Below are positions 8,785 through 18,334 of a stretch of DNA of 64,000 nt, piece after piece. Made by a program: the position numbers and the translations under genes. Every line of letters starts with the position of its first letter. The stretch's first letter is position 1. The notes below the pieces were generated by a model. It did not search any database, was not told where the DNA came from, and saw nothing but the letters and a program-made list of their open reading frames with translations. This DNA is from Promethearchaeota archaeon (lineage in GTDB: Archaea; Asgardarchaeota; Lokiarchaeia; Sigyniarchaeales; SOKP01): positions 1-64,000 of the forward strand of contig JALGVJ010000009.1 of NCBI GenBank assembly GCA_029838195.1, given 5' to 3'.

Positions 8785-10317
8785 TCAAGTTAAATAATTT
8801 AATTGCAAGTCTTTAACTTTTTTGACTAAGTAAACTAATTCTTCATGATTTTCGTTTGTAATTGCTTTCATTAAATTTACTTTAATTTCTTTTATCTTTT
8901 CTAAAAGGAGTTCCATTTTTAACTTGATTTCATTCGATATATCATCTAATTCAGTATAAATCTTTTTTGCTTGTTTGATATCACACGTTTCCAAATTCGA
9001 TACCATGTGTTCATAGGTTTCATTTAATTTTAGCAACCATTCCCGCCCATGTTGATTAATTTCATCAAAATTTTCAAGAGAATGACTTTCCTTGAATTGG
9101 TCAAATTCTTCAGCATATATTTCAAAAAGATTCAAAAAGAACTCTTTTATTTTATTTTCTACGGATTTTAAATGAATATTGGGGTTTGTAAAAAGGGTAA
9201 TTGTATATTCACTGAAGCTGAAAATTTGCATTTTTAAATTCGAGCCCTTTAAATTAAATCCGGAAAGATCTTTGATGTTAACCTCTTTCGAAAATTTTTC
9301 TAAAGCACTAATGAACATTGGAATTAAATCAACATCAAAATCGGGTTTATTTTCAAAAAACACGTTATCATCAGACAAAAAAGATTTTAAAGCACCATCA
9401 TGGATTTCTGTGGTAAGAATCGTTATGCCATCCTTGTTTGCTATAAAATAACCAACAAAAGGAGGGATGACTTTTTCTTCAATTTCTAAGGTACTAACGC
9501 CTTCTTCTTTAGTCTTAATGAAAGATTTTAATGAAAATTCATTGATGATTCCTTTAAAATAGGTTTTCCCTTTATCTGATAACGTGATAATTTTCTCTTT
9601 TTGATCTCCAATTAAAGAAATGAATCCTAAATCTTTTAAAAATTCTAAAATTTCCTGTAATTTTTCTTTCGTTAAATTAAACCTATATTGTAATTCTCTT
9701 ATTGAAACAGCTAATTCTTGATCTACGTGATATAAGATTTCAATGGCTATTTTAAGTAAATTAAAATCAGCCTTTTCCGGAGATATTTCTTCCGTAACAC
9801 AGTGTTTTAAAATCTCAATAAAAATAGAAAATGTCTGAGTTAAATATTCCTTTTTTATACTAGTAAATGCCAATTTTACTTGCTGTTCATTTCTAATAGC
9901 ATGATTTACTTCTAATCTGAGTTGTTCCATTCTTTTCTTATCAATTAAATCAATTTTATGCATTAATAGAAAGATTATGGCGTGCGGAGATAATTTATTT
10001 CTAATTTGAATGATCTTTTTAATGAATTCTATAATCTCTCTGATATCTGTAGTTTTAGCATCAAAAACTACCATCATTACTTCAGTGTTCTGAAAAACTT
10101 GCTTATCTTCAGTTTCAAGCCATCTCTTATTTTCTTGCCCCGCAAGATCAAAAATTCCAACGTCATCTTTTAATCTTAAAATTAAGGATTCTATCCCATA
10201 AGTGGGTTTTAATGCGTGTTTCAATAATCTGACGGAATTTTCTCCTTCAAAAAATACTTTTCGTAGCGTAGTTTTTCCAGCTTCAGGGGGTCCTACAATA
10301 ACTATTTTTTTACCCAT
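8785..10317 (-). CDS. Rag/Gtr-like GTPase - winged HTH - longin-like domain - coiled coil
   Basis: GPPEAGKT, PTYG, DLAGQ, HKID, TSI; wHTH ELQYRFNLTKEKLQEILEFLKDLGFI...LSDKG; longin-like GYFIANKDG...DLIPMFISALEKFSKEV. Confidence 0.85.
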   Translation of the reverse strand: MGKKIVIVGPPEAGKTTLRKVFFEGENSVRLLKHALKPTYGIESLILRLKDDVGIFDLAGQENKRWLETEDKQVFQNTEVMMVVFDAKTTDIREIIEFIKKIIQIRNKLSPHAIIFLLMHKIDLIDKKRMEQLRLEVNHAIRNEQQVKLAFTSIKKEYLTQTFSIFIEILKHCVTEEISPEKADFNLLKIAIEILYHVDQELAVSIRELQYRFNLTKEKLQEILEFLKDLGFISLIGDQKEKIITLSDKGKTYFKGIINEFSLKSFIKTKEEGVSTLEIEEKVIPPFVGYFIANKDGITILTTEIHDGALKSFLSDDNVFFENKPDFDVDLIPMFISALEKFSKEVNIKDLSGFNLKGSNLKMQIFSFSEYTITLFTNPNIHLKSVENKIKEFFLNLFEIYAEEFDQFKESHSLENFDEINQHGREWLLKLNETYEHMVSNLETCDIKQAKKIYTELDDISNEIKLKMELLLEKIKEIKVNLMKAITNENHEELVYLVKKVKDLQLNYLT

Positions 10318-10337
10318 TATTCTTTATTTTTTTTTTT

Positions 10338-11630
10338 TTAATTATATATCGCATTAATTGTTAATTGTATTTTTCCTGCTAAATCTAATAATTCATTTGC
10401 ATTTAAAGCATCTGAAACGCAGATTAGATTTTTTAAATCATATTTAGAAATATTTAAATCATACATTATAATATTCAAGTTTTTTTTCCCGGAAATGATG
10501 AGATGTGAGATTTCATCATTATCTGTCATTTCTTTAAAGGTCTGATTTAATTGAATAATTAATTTATGTGAATGGTTTATTAAAGAAAGAGGAAAATCTG
10601 GAGTCATGGTTTGAATTACAATATTATTAAATTGATTAGTAATGAAACACATGACTTTTGGAAAGTCTTCAATGATATTATCAATAGAATCTTTTAAAGA
10701 AGCAGTCTGAATGGAGAAGCTGCTTAAGATTTCATAGAAAGAATTATAAAGTAAATATATTAAGTAGGGATAAATGCTTGTAAAATAAATTTTTATTTTA
10801 AAAAGACTTTTAATTTCTTTATATATCGATTTTAACTCTTGTTCACGAGATTCTTTATTAATTAAATCGATTTTATGAAAAAATAGAATTAATTTCGTTT
10901 TTAGATTTAATTTATCTATGATAGATTGAATGGTTTCTAGTTCTTTTATAACATCATATTTAATTGCCATCCAAGTTGGATAATCAACAATATAGATAAT
11001 GACATCAGCATTTTCAAACGCTTTTATCTGTTCTTCTGCATCATGTAATAGATAATTTAACTCTTGACCCGCAGAATCAAATACCCCTAATTCAAGATCG
11101 AACCAAGAATGAACAGATGGAATTAATCCACGGGTTGGTTCTAAAGGATCAGATAGTAATTTTTGAGGTGGCCATCCTTCAAATATTATTTTTGTGATGC
11201 TAGTTTTTCCTGTTCCAGCCCGTCCGAGAAGTAAAATTTTTTTAGATGAGGGTTTTGGTAAAATTATTTCGGCATTTTGTAAAAAAAAAGTTTTCCTCTC
11301 TTCTCCGGAGAGTTGAAATAAATTTTTAGCAAATTTTAAGAAATGTTCTTTAATTTTAAATAGATTTGGTTTTTCTTTTTCATGAAGCATTAATAATACT
11401 ATTTCATAACCAAAATCTGGCACGCGGGTTTTATCGCAATAAGAGAGGATAATTTTATTTTCATAACTAATTTCAATTAATTCTTCATCTTTTTTTACTT
11501 GTTCATAAGAATGAGTCATATAGATTTTATTTAACAACGCTAGATCAACATTAAATGTTCTTGGATACTGAAGTTCTAATACAGCCCCAATTTTAGAGTC
11601 CCAATTAAAAAGAGCAATGCCGCTTGACAT
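10338..11630 (-). CDS. Longin/uDENN-like - Rag/Gtr-like GTPase - roadblock protein
   Basis: N-terminal FNWDSKIGAVLELQYP; GRAGTGKT, PTRG, DSAGQ, HKID, TSIY; C-terminal roadblock-like domain. Confidence 0.85.
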   Translation of the reverse strand: MSSGIALFNWDSKIGAVLELQYPRTFNVDLALLNKIYMTHSYEQVKKDEELIEISYENKIILSYCDKTRVPDFGYEIVLLMLHEKEKPNLFKIKEHFLKFAKNLFQLSGEERKTFFLQNAEIILPKPSSKKILLLGRAGTGKTSITKIIFEGWPPQKLLSDPLEPTRGLIPSVHSWFDLELGVFDSAGQELNYLLHDAEEQIKAFENADVIIYIVDYPTWMAIKYDVIKELETIQSIIDKLNLKTKLILFFHKIDLINKESREQELKSIYKEIKSLFKIKIYFTSIYPYLIYLLYNSFYEILSSFSIQTASLKDSIDNIIEDFPKVMCFITNQFNNIVIQTMTPDFPLSLINHSHKLIIQLNQTFKEMTDNDEISHLIISGKKNLNIIMYDLNISKYDLKNLICVSDALNANELLDLAGKIQLTINAIYN

Positions 11631-11702
11631 TTTTTTTAATCTTTTTTTTATTTTATTTTAACCATACAATTATATTCATGTAATTTCATTAATTTAATAT
11701 TT

Positions 11703-11736
11703 TACCTATTTAAGAAATGTACCTATTTAAGAAATG
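11703..11736. repeat. Perfect 17-bp tandem direct repeat in a divergent promoter region
   Basis: TACCTATTTAAGAAATG x2 (11703-11719, 11720-11736). Confidence 0.9.
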
Positions 11737-11816
11737 CTGAGATTTATTAAGAGGGAATTTCTATTAATTTTTAAGATATTCTTATATAGAAAAAATTAAA
11801 TAGAAAGAGTGAAAAC

Positions 11817-12185
11817 ATGGGACGTAAAATATATATCATTGAAGATAATGAGAAAAATTTAAAATTATTTGTTGCTGTATTGAAAATCCTTCCAAATATC
11901 GAATTATTCACGGAAACTAGAGGAGATACCGGATTAGAATTAATAAAATCGGGAAATCCCGATTTGATCATTTTAGATATTCAACTACCAGAGAAGAGCG
12001 GGATTGATATCTGTAAAGAATTAAGGAGCATGGAAAAATTCAAGGAAATACCGATTATAGCCGTCACTTCCTTTGCCATGAAAGGAGATCGGGAGAGAAT
12101 CATGGAAGCAGGATTCACTGACTATGTATCCAAACCGATTAAAATTTCTGAATTTCGAGAATTGGTCCTTAATTTATTAAAATGA
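11817..12185 (+). CDS. Single-domain response regulator, DivK/CheY-like
   Basis: IIEDN, LIILDIQLP, AVTSFAMKGDRERIMEAG, SKPI. Confidence 0.92.
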   Translation: MGRKIYIIEDNEKNLKLFVAVLKILPNIELFTETRGDTGLELIKSGNPDLIILDIQLPEKSGIDICKELRSMEKFKEIPIIAVTSFAMKGDRERIMEAGFTDYVSKPIKISEFRELVLNLLK

Positions 12186-12330
12186 GCAGAAAGTTGTTAA
12201 TAGAAGGGGCATGGAAGTCTGAATTTTTTTAAATTTTTAACCATGATATATTTTTTTATCTTTTTTTTAACATGAACTTGAAAAGTATCAAATAACATAA
12301 TAAATATTATATAGTTGAAGTGTTGCTTAA

Positions 12331-13266
12331 TTGACAGAACAAAACTATAATGAATTAAAAAGGAAAGTTATATTAATCGGGCGTCCGGAAACGGGGAAAT
12401 CAAGCATTAAAAAAGTGGTTTTTGAGGGACAAGATCCCATGAGCCTTTTATCCGAGCCATTAGCTCCCACGAGAGGTTTTGAGCCCTCGGTTCATACTTG
12501 GTTTGATTTAACGATTGGGTTAATCGATACGTCGGGACAAGAGATTGATACATTTTTAACACGCTCTGAGGAGCAGCAATTGACTTTTCAAAATAGTGAT
12601 CTCATCATATATGTTTTTGATTATAATGGATGGCTAATTAAAAAAGAAGATATCTTTGAGGATTTGAACGTGATCGCTTCCATCCTACAAAATTTAAATA
12701 TTAATGCCAATCTTACATGTTTTTGTCATAAAATTGATCTAATAGAACAAAACATTAGAGAACAAGAGATTAGAGAAATTAAAAGTCAAATTAAAATACC
12801 GACATTTTTTACCAGTATCAAGCCAGAATTGTTATATCGATTATATGAGGCTTTTCATGAGCTTTTAACCATTTTTTCACGTGAATTTGGAAAGATAAAA
12901 AAGATCTTGGATGAGAAATTATCCGATTTTCCAAAATCATTGTTTTTCATAACTAATAAAAATAATAATATTATTGTCCAAACTTCTTCGAAAGATTTTA
13001 ATTTTAAAAACATTAATTATCTTCACTATTTAACGGCCATGTTAAATGTCACATTAGAGAAGATTCGAGCGAATGATAAGATCGACCATCTTATCTTGCA
13101 AACTCAAAAACATTATAATATCATTTTGAAATATTTAGAATTATCAGAGTATGACCTGAAGAATCTCATTTGTATTTCAGAGACCTTAAATTCAAACAAG
13201 TTGATTTGGTTAGTTGGAGAAATTTCACTTCAATTGAATAGAATGTATAAAATGGAAAACTCATGA
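12331..13266 (+). CDS. Rag/Gtr-like GTPase with C-terminal roadblock domain
   Basis: GRPETGKS, PTRG, DTSGQ, HKID, TSI; C-terminus clearly paralogous to 10338..11630 (FITN..NNIIVQT, YDLKNLIC). Confidence 0.88.
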   Translation: MTEQNYNELKRKVILIGRPETGKSSIKKVVFEGQDPMSLLSEPLAPTRGFEPSVHTWFDLTIGLIDTSGQEIDTFLTRSEEQQLTFQNSDLIIYVFDYNGWLIKKEDIFEDLNVIASILQNLNINANLTCFCHKIDLIEQNIREQEIREIKSQIKIPTFFTSIKPELLYRLYEAFHELLTIFSREFGKIKKILDEKLSDFPKSLFFITNKNNNIIVQTSSKDFNFKNINYLHYLTAMLNVTLEKIRANDKIDHLILQTQKHYNIILKYLELSEYDLKNLICISETLNSNKLIWLVGEISLQLNRMYKMENS

Positions 13267-13316
13267 AAAAACACTACCAGATGGCATTAATAGTGGGAAA
13301 CAAGGCACTCATTACA

Positions 13317-14621
13317 TTATTTTAATTTTCTTTTTAGATCCTTAAATTCTTGCATTTTTATCCGAATCAAATTTCTTTTTTCGATGAGTGAGAGCTTAGT
13401 TGAATTTAATTTTTCTTCCAATTTAGAACGAAATTCTTCAACATCCAAGTTCAAATCGAAAATATCTTTTAACAGGTCTTGTTCAGTGAATGTGCTTAAC
13501 TCCGCTACTTTTTTTTTTAACATTGGTTTCTTATACATATCAAATGTCGCGGTTCCTTGATTAATTTGGATATTCATGGGATCTAACAATCGTTCAATGA
13601 AATTTAGCAAGAAATCTTTTAAAACAGGTTTAAGATCATGAATCCATGCCAATCCATCTAATTTTTTTCGCTGTTCAATTCCTGGCGCTTGTCGTAAGAC
13701 ATTTGAGATAAGCATTTTCAGATAGCTTTCAGAATATAGCGGTTTAAAATTATCTGTTAAGCCCTCCAGAACATCTTTTGCTAAACTTTGAACTAGAACA
13801 TCTATGATCTCTGGGTATTCATAAAACATTCCAAATTTAAAATACGAATTGAGGAATTGTTCAATGGCTTTTTCCATTTCTTTATGACTAAGAGTGCCTT
13901 TTTTTATCAAGTATGTCTTGAGAACTCTTTCTAAAAGCGTGCCTCGAAAGGTGGCTTGATAATCTCCTAGTGTGCCTGAAATAGATGCCGATTGAGGTGA
14001 TTTTTTCTTTTTATCTTCTTTTCGAGAGTATAAAATATTTACATAATCTTTTACAATCACGCTTGAGAGACCAATTCTGAGAGTCATGATTTCAATTTTT
14101 AAGGGTTTATTGGTTGAAGTTTTAGGAAATTTATCATTATATTTATTTAAAATCTCTTCTAAACTCAAGGTCGCTACATAATCATTAAAGAAAATTTCAT
14201 ATAGAGCAGCAATTTCATATTCATCAACTTGTTCATTCAAAACGTCTCTCAAATAATTATCATAACGCAGAAAAAATCGAGATATGCAATCATCAATAGC
14301 CAATGCCAAATCATCGGCCGGATAATTAGCTTGTATGAGATATTTTTTATATTCAAGGCGAACTTTTTGAGCTCGCACCCATTCTAATATAAAGTCAAAA
14401 ATTCGCTTATTTAAGGCTAATTTTTTTTCAAAATATTTAAGAATTTCGAGGACTTCAAAATATGATGTACCGATGGCTTGATTCGTCAGGAATCTTGCTG
14501 CTAATTGTAATTTTGATAATTCCGGAAATTGTCGTTGCAAATATCGATAATATGTTATCAAGCGATCTTTATCAAGGGAATAAATCGGATCCTCCAATTC
14601 ATTTAAAGAAATTCTACTCAT
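13317..14621 (-). CDS. Hypothetical helical protein
   Basis: 434-aa ORF, 12 nt downstream of the 14634 ORF; no motif recognised. Confidence 0.7.
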   Translation of the reverse strand: MSRISLNELEDPIYSLDKDRLITYYRYLQRQFPELSKLQLAARFLTNQAIGTSYFEVLEILKYFEKKLALNKRIFDFILEWVRAQKVRLEYKKYLIQANYPADDLALAIDDCISRFFLRYDNYLRDVLNEQVDEYEIAALYEIFFNDYVATLSLEEILNKYNDKFPKTSTNKPLKIEIMTLRIGLSSVIVKDYVNILYSRKEDKKKKSPQSASISGTLGDYQATFRGTLLERVLKTYLIKKGTLSHKEMEKAIEQFLNSYFKFGMFYEYPEIIDVLVQSLAKDVLEGLTDNFKPLYSESYLKMLISNVLRQAPGIEQRKKLDGLAWIHDLKPVLKDFLLNFIERLLDPMNIQINQGTATFDMYKKPMLKKKVAELSTFTEQDLLKDIFDLNLDVEEFRSKLEEKLNSTKLSLIEKRNLIRIKMQEFKDLKRKLK

Positions 14622-14633
14622 GATAAGCCCATC

Positions 14634-15677
14634 CTAAGAAGTATTATCTAATAATAAACTAATATGATTTAAATCATCCTCCGTATTAATATTCCATCCT
14701 CGGGGTGAAAAATTGATATTAAAATCTTGTAAGTATTCAGTTAATGAAAGATCATTATCTAAAATATTTCTTATCTGCTTATGATAAAATCTCTTATTTC
14801 TCAATTCTCTTGAACTAGCATCATCAATGAGAGGGATTAAAAAACATCCAATACTTCTTTTAATACCCTTTTCTATTATAAAGTCCTCAAAATAAAGTAC
14901 CTCTTTTTCCTTTAAGGACAAATTTATTTGACGTATATTAATAAAAATTCCTTTTTTTTCAAAAAGAGCTAGCGTATCCTTCAATAAATTTTCATAGTAG
15001 TCCGGCAAAACCGAAAGAACATAAAAAGAAGGAATTAATTCTAAAATTCTCCTTCTCAAGGAATCTTCCGGTTCAATGGTATATAACGTAGAATGTTTTA
15101 TTCCTTGCCCTATCTTTCTTTCAGTTACAACCACGCAATAATAATTTTTTTTTTCTTTCCAATAGAGCTTCCTTGAAGAGCCAAGGTAATATTCAATTAA
15201 ATGCAGACCTCGTATTAATTCCTCCTTGATGAATTTTTCGCGGTTAAATTTCTTTCCCAACAATAATTGATTCATTTTTGTCCCTTGTAAGATGCTTGGA
15301 TGAATGTAATCCGTTATTTTTTTATAAATCTCTATTGGATCCTCAGTATAAGGCGAGCCAATTAATGCAAATAGATTTGTATTCATTCCGGGCGCCGATT
15401 CCATGGTCGAATTTAAAGCGAAAAAGGTTTGTAAAATGTCTGCTTCTTTAATTTCTTGTTGTTTTAATGAGAGAGAATATTCTATAAAATCAATTTTCCA
15501 GGCACCTTCTCTTGCTGAAGCGGCTGTTAGAAAAATAGGGCCTAAAAATTGAAAAGGAAGCATCTTTAACTGGTTCTTTTGTTCCTTCGAGAATTCTTTT
15601 TCGTGCTTGATCTCTTCAAAAATTAAATTAGATTCATCAGAAAAAAATAATGCTATAATCCAACTTGGCCTTTTCAT
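14634..15677 (-). CDS. Hypothetical protein
   Basis: 347-aa ORF, likely co-transcribed with 13317..14621; no motif recognised. Confidence 0.7.
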   Translation of the reverse strand: MKRPSWIIALFFSDESNLIFEEIKHEKEFSKEQKNQLKMLPFQFLGPIFLTAASAREGAWKIDFIEYSLSLKQQEIKEADILQTFFALNSTMESAPGMNTNLFALIGSPYTEDPIEIYKKITDYIHPSILQGTKMNQLLLGKKFNREKFIKEELIRGLHLIEYYLGSSRKLYWKEKKNYYCVVVTERKIGQGIKHSTLYTIEPEDSLRRRILELIPSFYVLSVLPDYYENLLKDTLALFEKKGIFINIRQINLSLKEKEVLYFEDFIIEKGIKRSIGCFLIPLIDDASSRELRNKRFYHKQIRNILDNDLSLTEYLQDFNINFSPRGWNINTEDDLNHISLLLDNTS

Positions 15678-15807
15678 TATTTGCGATAAAATTTTTAATG
15701 ATTTTAATTGATTTCTGCTTTTCTATTAATTCTTAAACTATAAATCACATTTCTTCCATTTAAATATTGTGGTTTCTTCCAGGAATTTTTTCTCAAGAGG
15801 GAAGAAA

Positions 15808-16197
15808 TTAAAACAAAATGAATGCTTTCAAGAGGAAGGATTCTAACTTTAATTGTTTTAATAATTGCCAATTATTAAAGAGATAATGAAAGATTTTGCC
15901 TTTTTTAAAATAAGAGAGCGTAAGATCTTCTCCTCCATGGAATTTCATGATGTCAATGAGTTTTAATAGAATTTTTATCAAATAATTCTTGAATAATAAC
16001 GGATCGCAAGAAGAAGGATCTATTTTAATAATATTAATGCCCACTTCTCTCTTGTATTTAATTTTCCGAAGTTCACGAATATTTGTTTCACTATCATTTT
16101 TCATCTCATTAAAGAATCTTTCAATATCTACATGAATTTCATCTTGTAATTCTCTTGAGAGGAAAGATTTGAATATATTGTTAACCAGATTGAACAA
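15808..16197 (-). CDS. Hypothetical protein, possibly the 3' remnant of a longer gene
   Basis: TTG start; the upstream in-frame sequence looks coding-like but has TAA/TGA stops. Confidence 0.45.
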   Translation of the reverse strand: MFNLVNNIFKSFLSRELQDEIHVDIERFFNEMKNDSETNIRELRKIKYKREVGINIIKIDPSSCDPLLFKNYLIKILLKLIDIMKFHGGEDLTLSYFKKGKIFHYLFNNWQLLKQLKLESFLLKAFILF

Positions 16198-16623
16198 TTG
16201 TCATGCATCTTGCTCGGTGCCACCCGAAAGCATTATTTAATGATTTTCATTATACGCCCGACATAGATACATCCTAATTACCTGATCTTTCTCAGGCTTC
16301 ATCATTTCACACTCTATTCCATGGATAATTAATCGTAATGATCCACCACATCGTTCGAAAACGATACAATGGGATATTATTTCATAAAAACATGAATCAT
16401 CAAATCATGAATCATATGAAATCTGTAGAATCGTGATATTTTTTTTGTTAATCAGAAAATTTGAGAGTCAATCCTTATCAACCAACCATTCCGCACTCAA
16501 TAACGCACTTATTTTTAAGAATATTTACTCATTCTATTCCATGCGTACATTAAATATTGTTCAAGAACAAAAAGAAAAGAAAAAAAATCATTCAATCATG
16601 AATTGGTCTTTCAATTTGAAAAT

Positions 16624-18027
16624 TTATAATTTAAGCTCTCTCAGAGTAAGTGTATTAGCTTCCATTTCCTCGGGCGTGATTCGATAAAGAAGGGCAAAAC
16701 ATGCCACTCCAATTAACATGATGATTATTGGAAAAACTCCAACTTGTATTCTTAATCCAATTAATTGTGCCGGCGTGTTATTTCCTCGAGGATCATATTG
16801 GAAAAATGTTTGAACAAACCAAAATATTGCTGACTGAATCGCTATTGATAATCTAGCGAAAAACATCCACGTGCCTTTATACAAGCCCTCGCGCCGTGAG
16901 CCCGTATTTATGGTAGCTTTGTCCACGACGCTGGAAAATAGGGGCATGTTCATGGTAATGACGCCGCCATCTACACAGCCCGCTGCGATGAATCCTATTA
17001 TCACAATAGGAATTCCAGCCTCACCTAAAGGGATCACTAAAAATAGAAGCATTATACTGCCAAGGACAGTACCACAAATCATTACCGTTCGCTTTATCCC
17101 GATTTTAAAAGAAAGCTTGTACCACGCCGGAGTCGTAAAGATTACGCCAAAAATGTAGAAAAGTACGAATAATTCACCGATTTTAGACATTTGGAGAATA
17201 TCTCGGACGACAAAAGGAAGGCTTGCCATTACAAGTCCCATGCATCCTGAGTAGCAAACAAAAAAGATCATGAATCCCATGAAATTTCTATCTTTTATAG
17301 CATCTTTCATGTTAGAGAAAAATGGTTCGTGTTGCTTTTTTTCTTCAATATGTATCCTTCTTTCAATTATTTCTTTATCTTCTCGAACACCCGGGATCAT
17401 CATGAGCATTGCTGCAAGTGCAATAGCGGAAATAATGATGGACATGTAAAGATATCCCTTTTCAGTTCCAAAAGCTTCAATAATTAATACAGGAACTAAC
17501 ACTCCCGTTAGAACGCCCGAAGTTTCCAAGTAGGTCGTAATTGTTCCTGCGATTCTCCTATCCTTATTATGGCGAATTTTATCGGGAAATAACGCAAAGC
17601 GGTTAATATCATAGAGAGAAAAGAACGTGTCCATTAAGCATTGGGAGAGCAGGAACCACAAAAACACGGTGGCCTGTCCTGCCTCTTCTGCTTTAGGTGC
17701 AGCATAAATAATAATTACCATGAAGCAATACGGGATGGCACCGAGCAAGATCCAGGGAAATCTTTTTCCATATTTGATGAATCGTGTGGATCGGTCGCAG
17801 AAATATCCTAAAAGAGGGTCATTAATCATGTTCCAAATCATGTAGATTATTTGTGCGATAAAATACAGAGTAATGGCGATGCCCACTTCACTTTGATAAA
17901 AAAAAGCGAGTTGTTGTGAATACATTTGCGACATCATCAGATTGACGAAATTTCCTAATTGGAATGAGGCGAGGATTTTTTTGGAGTAGCGTTTAATTTC
18001 TCCACTTGTTATTTCTTCTTTTACCAT
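16624..18027 (-). CDS. MFS transporter, GPH/MelB-like (MFS_2)
   Basis: WNMINDPLLGYFCDR, GKRFPWI, RREGLY; ~12 TM. Confidence 0.9.
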   Translation of the reverse strand: MVKEEITSGEIKRYSKKILASFQLGNFVNLMMSQMYSQQLAFFYQSEVGIAITLYFIAQIIYMIWNMINDPLLGYFCDRSTRFIKYGKRFPWILLGAIPYCFMVIIIYAAPKAEEAGQATVFLWFLLSQCLMDTFFSLYDINRFALFPDKIRHNKDRRIAGTITTYLETSGVLTGVLVPVLIIEAFGTEKGYLYMSIIISAIALAAMLMMIPGVREDKEIIERRIHIEEKKQHEPFFSNMKDAIKDRNFMGFMIFFVCYSGCMGLVMASLPFVVRDILQMSKIGELFVLFYIFGVIFTTPAWYKLSFKIGIKRTVMICGTVLGSIMLLFLVIPLGEAGIPIVIIGFIAAGCVDGGVITMNMPLFSSVVDKATINTGSRREGLYKGTWMFFARLSIAIQSAIFWFVQTFFQYDPRGNNTPAQLIGLRIQVGVFPIIIMLIGVACFALLYRITPEEMEANTLTLRELKL

Positions 18028-18334
18028 ATTAGATGCATTCTTTTTTTATTTTTTCAATGATTAATAATTACATTTTCATTAGTTTAGAAGATATTTAAAT
18101 TTTTTTAAAAATTTTATTGAAAGCGGTCAATGAAAGGCAATGGAAATGATTTGTTGATTAATATATTACATGAGTAAGAACCAGAATTATCGAATTTTCA
18201 TGCTATATTTTTCAATTTTTTACAATAATTTTTTTCATCTTTAGTTCAGAAAAAGTTAAATAAGAAAGGAGGTTCCAATATAAATAGCTAAATAGCTAAA
18301 AAATTTAAAAAATCATAATTAGAGGTGTTATTTC

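Noticed and set aside
16197-16330. Sec read-through at the TGA upstream of the 15808..16197 ORF
   Set aside because: A TAA lies in the same frame, there is no Cys-motif context and no SECIS was seen.
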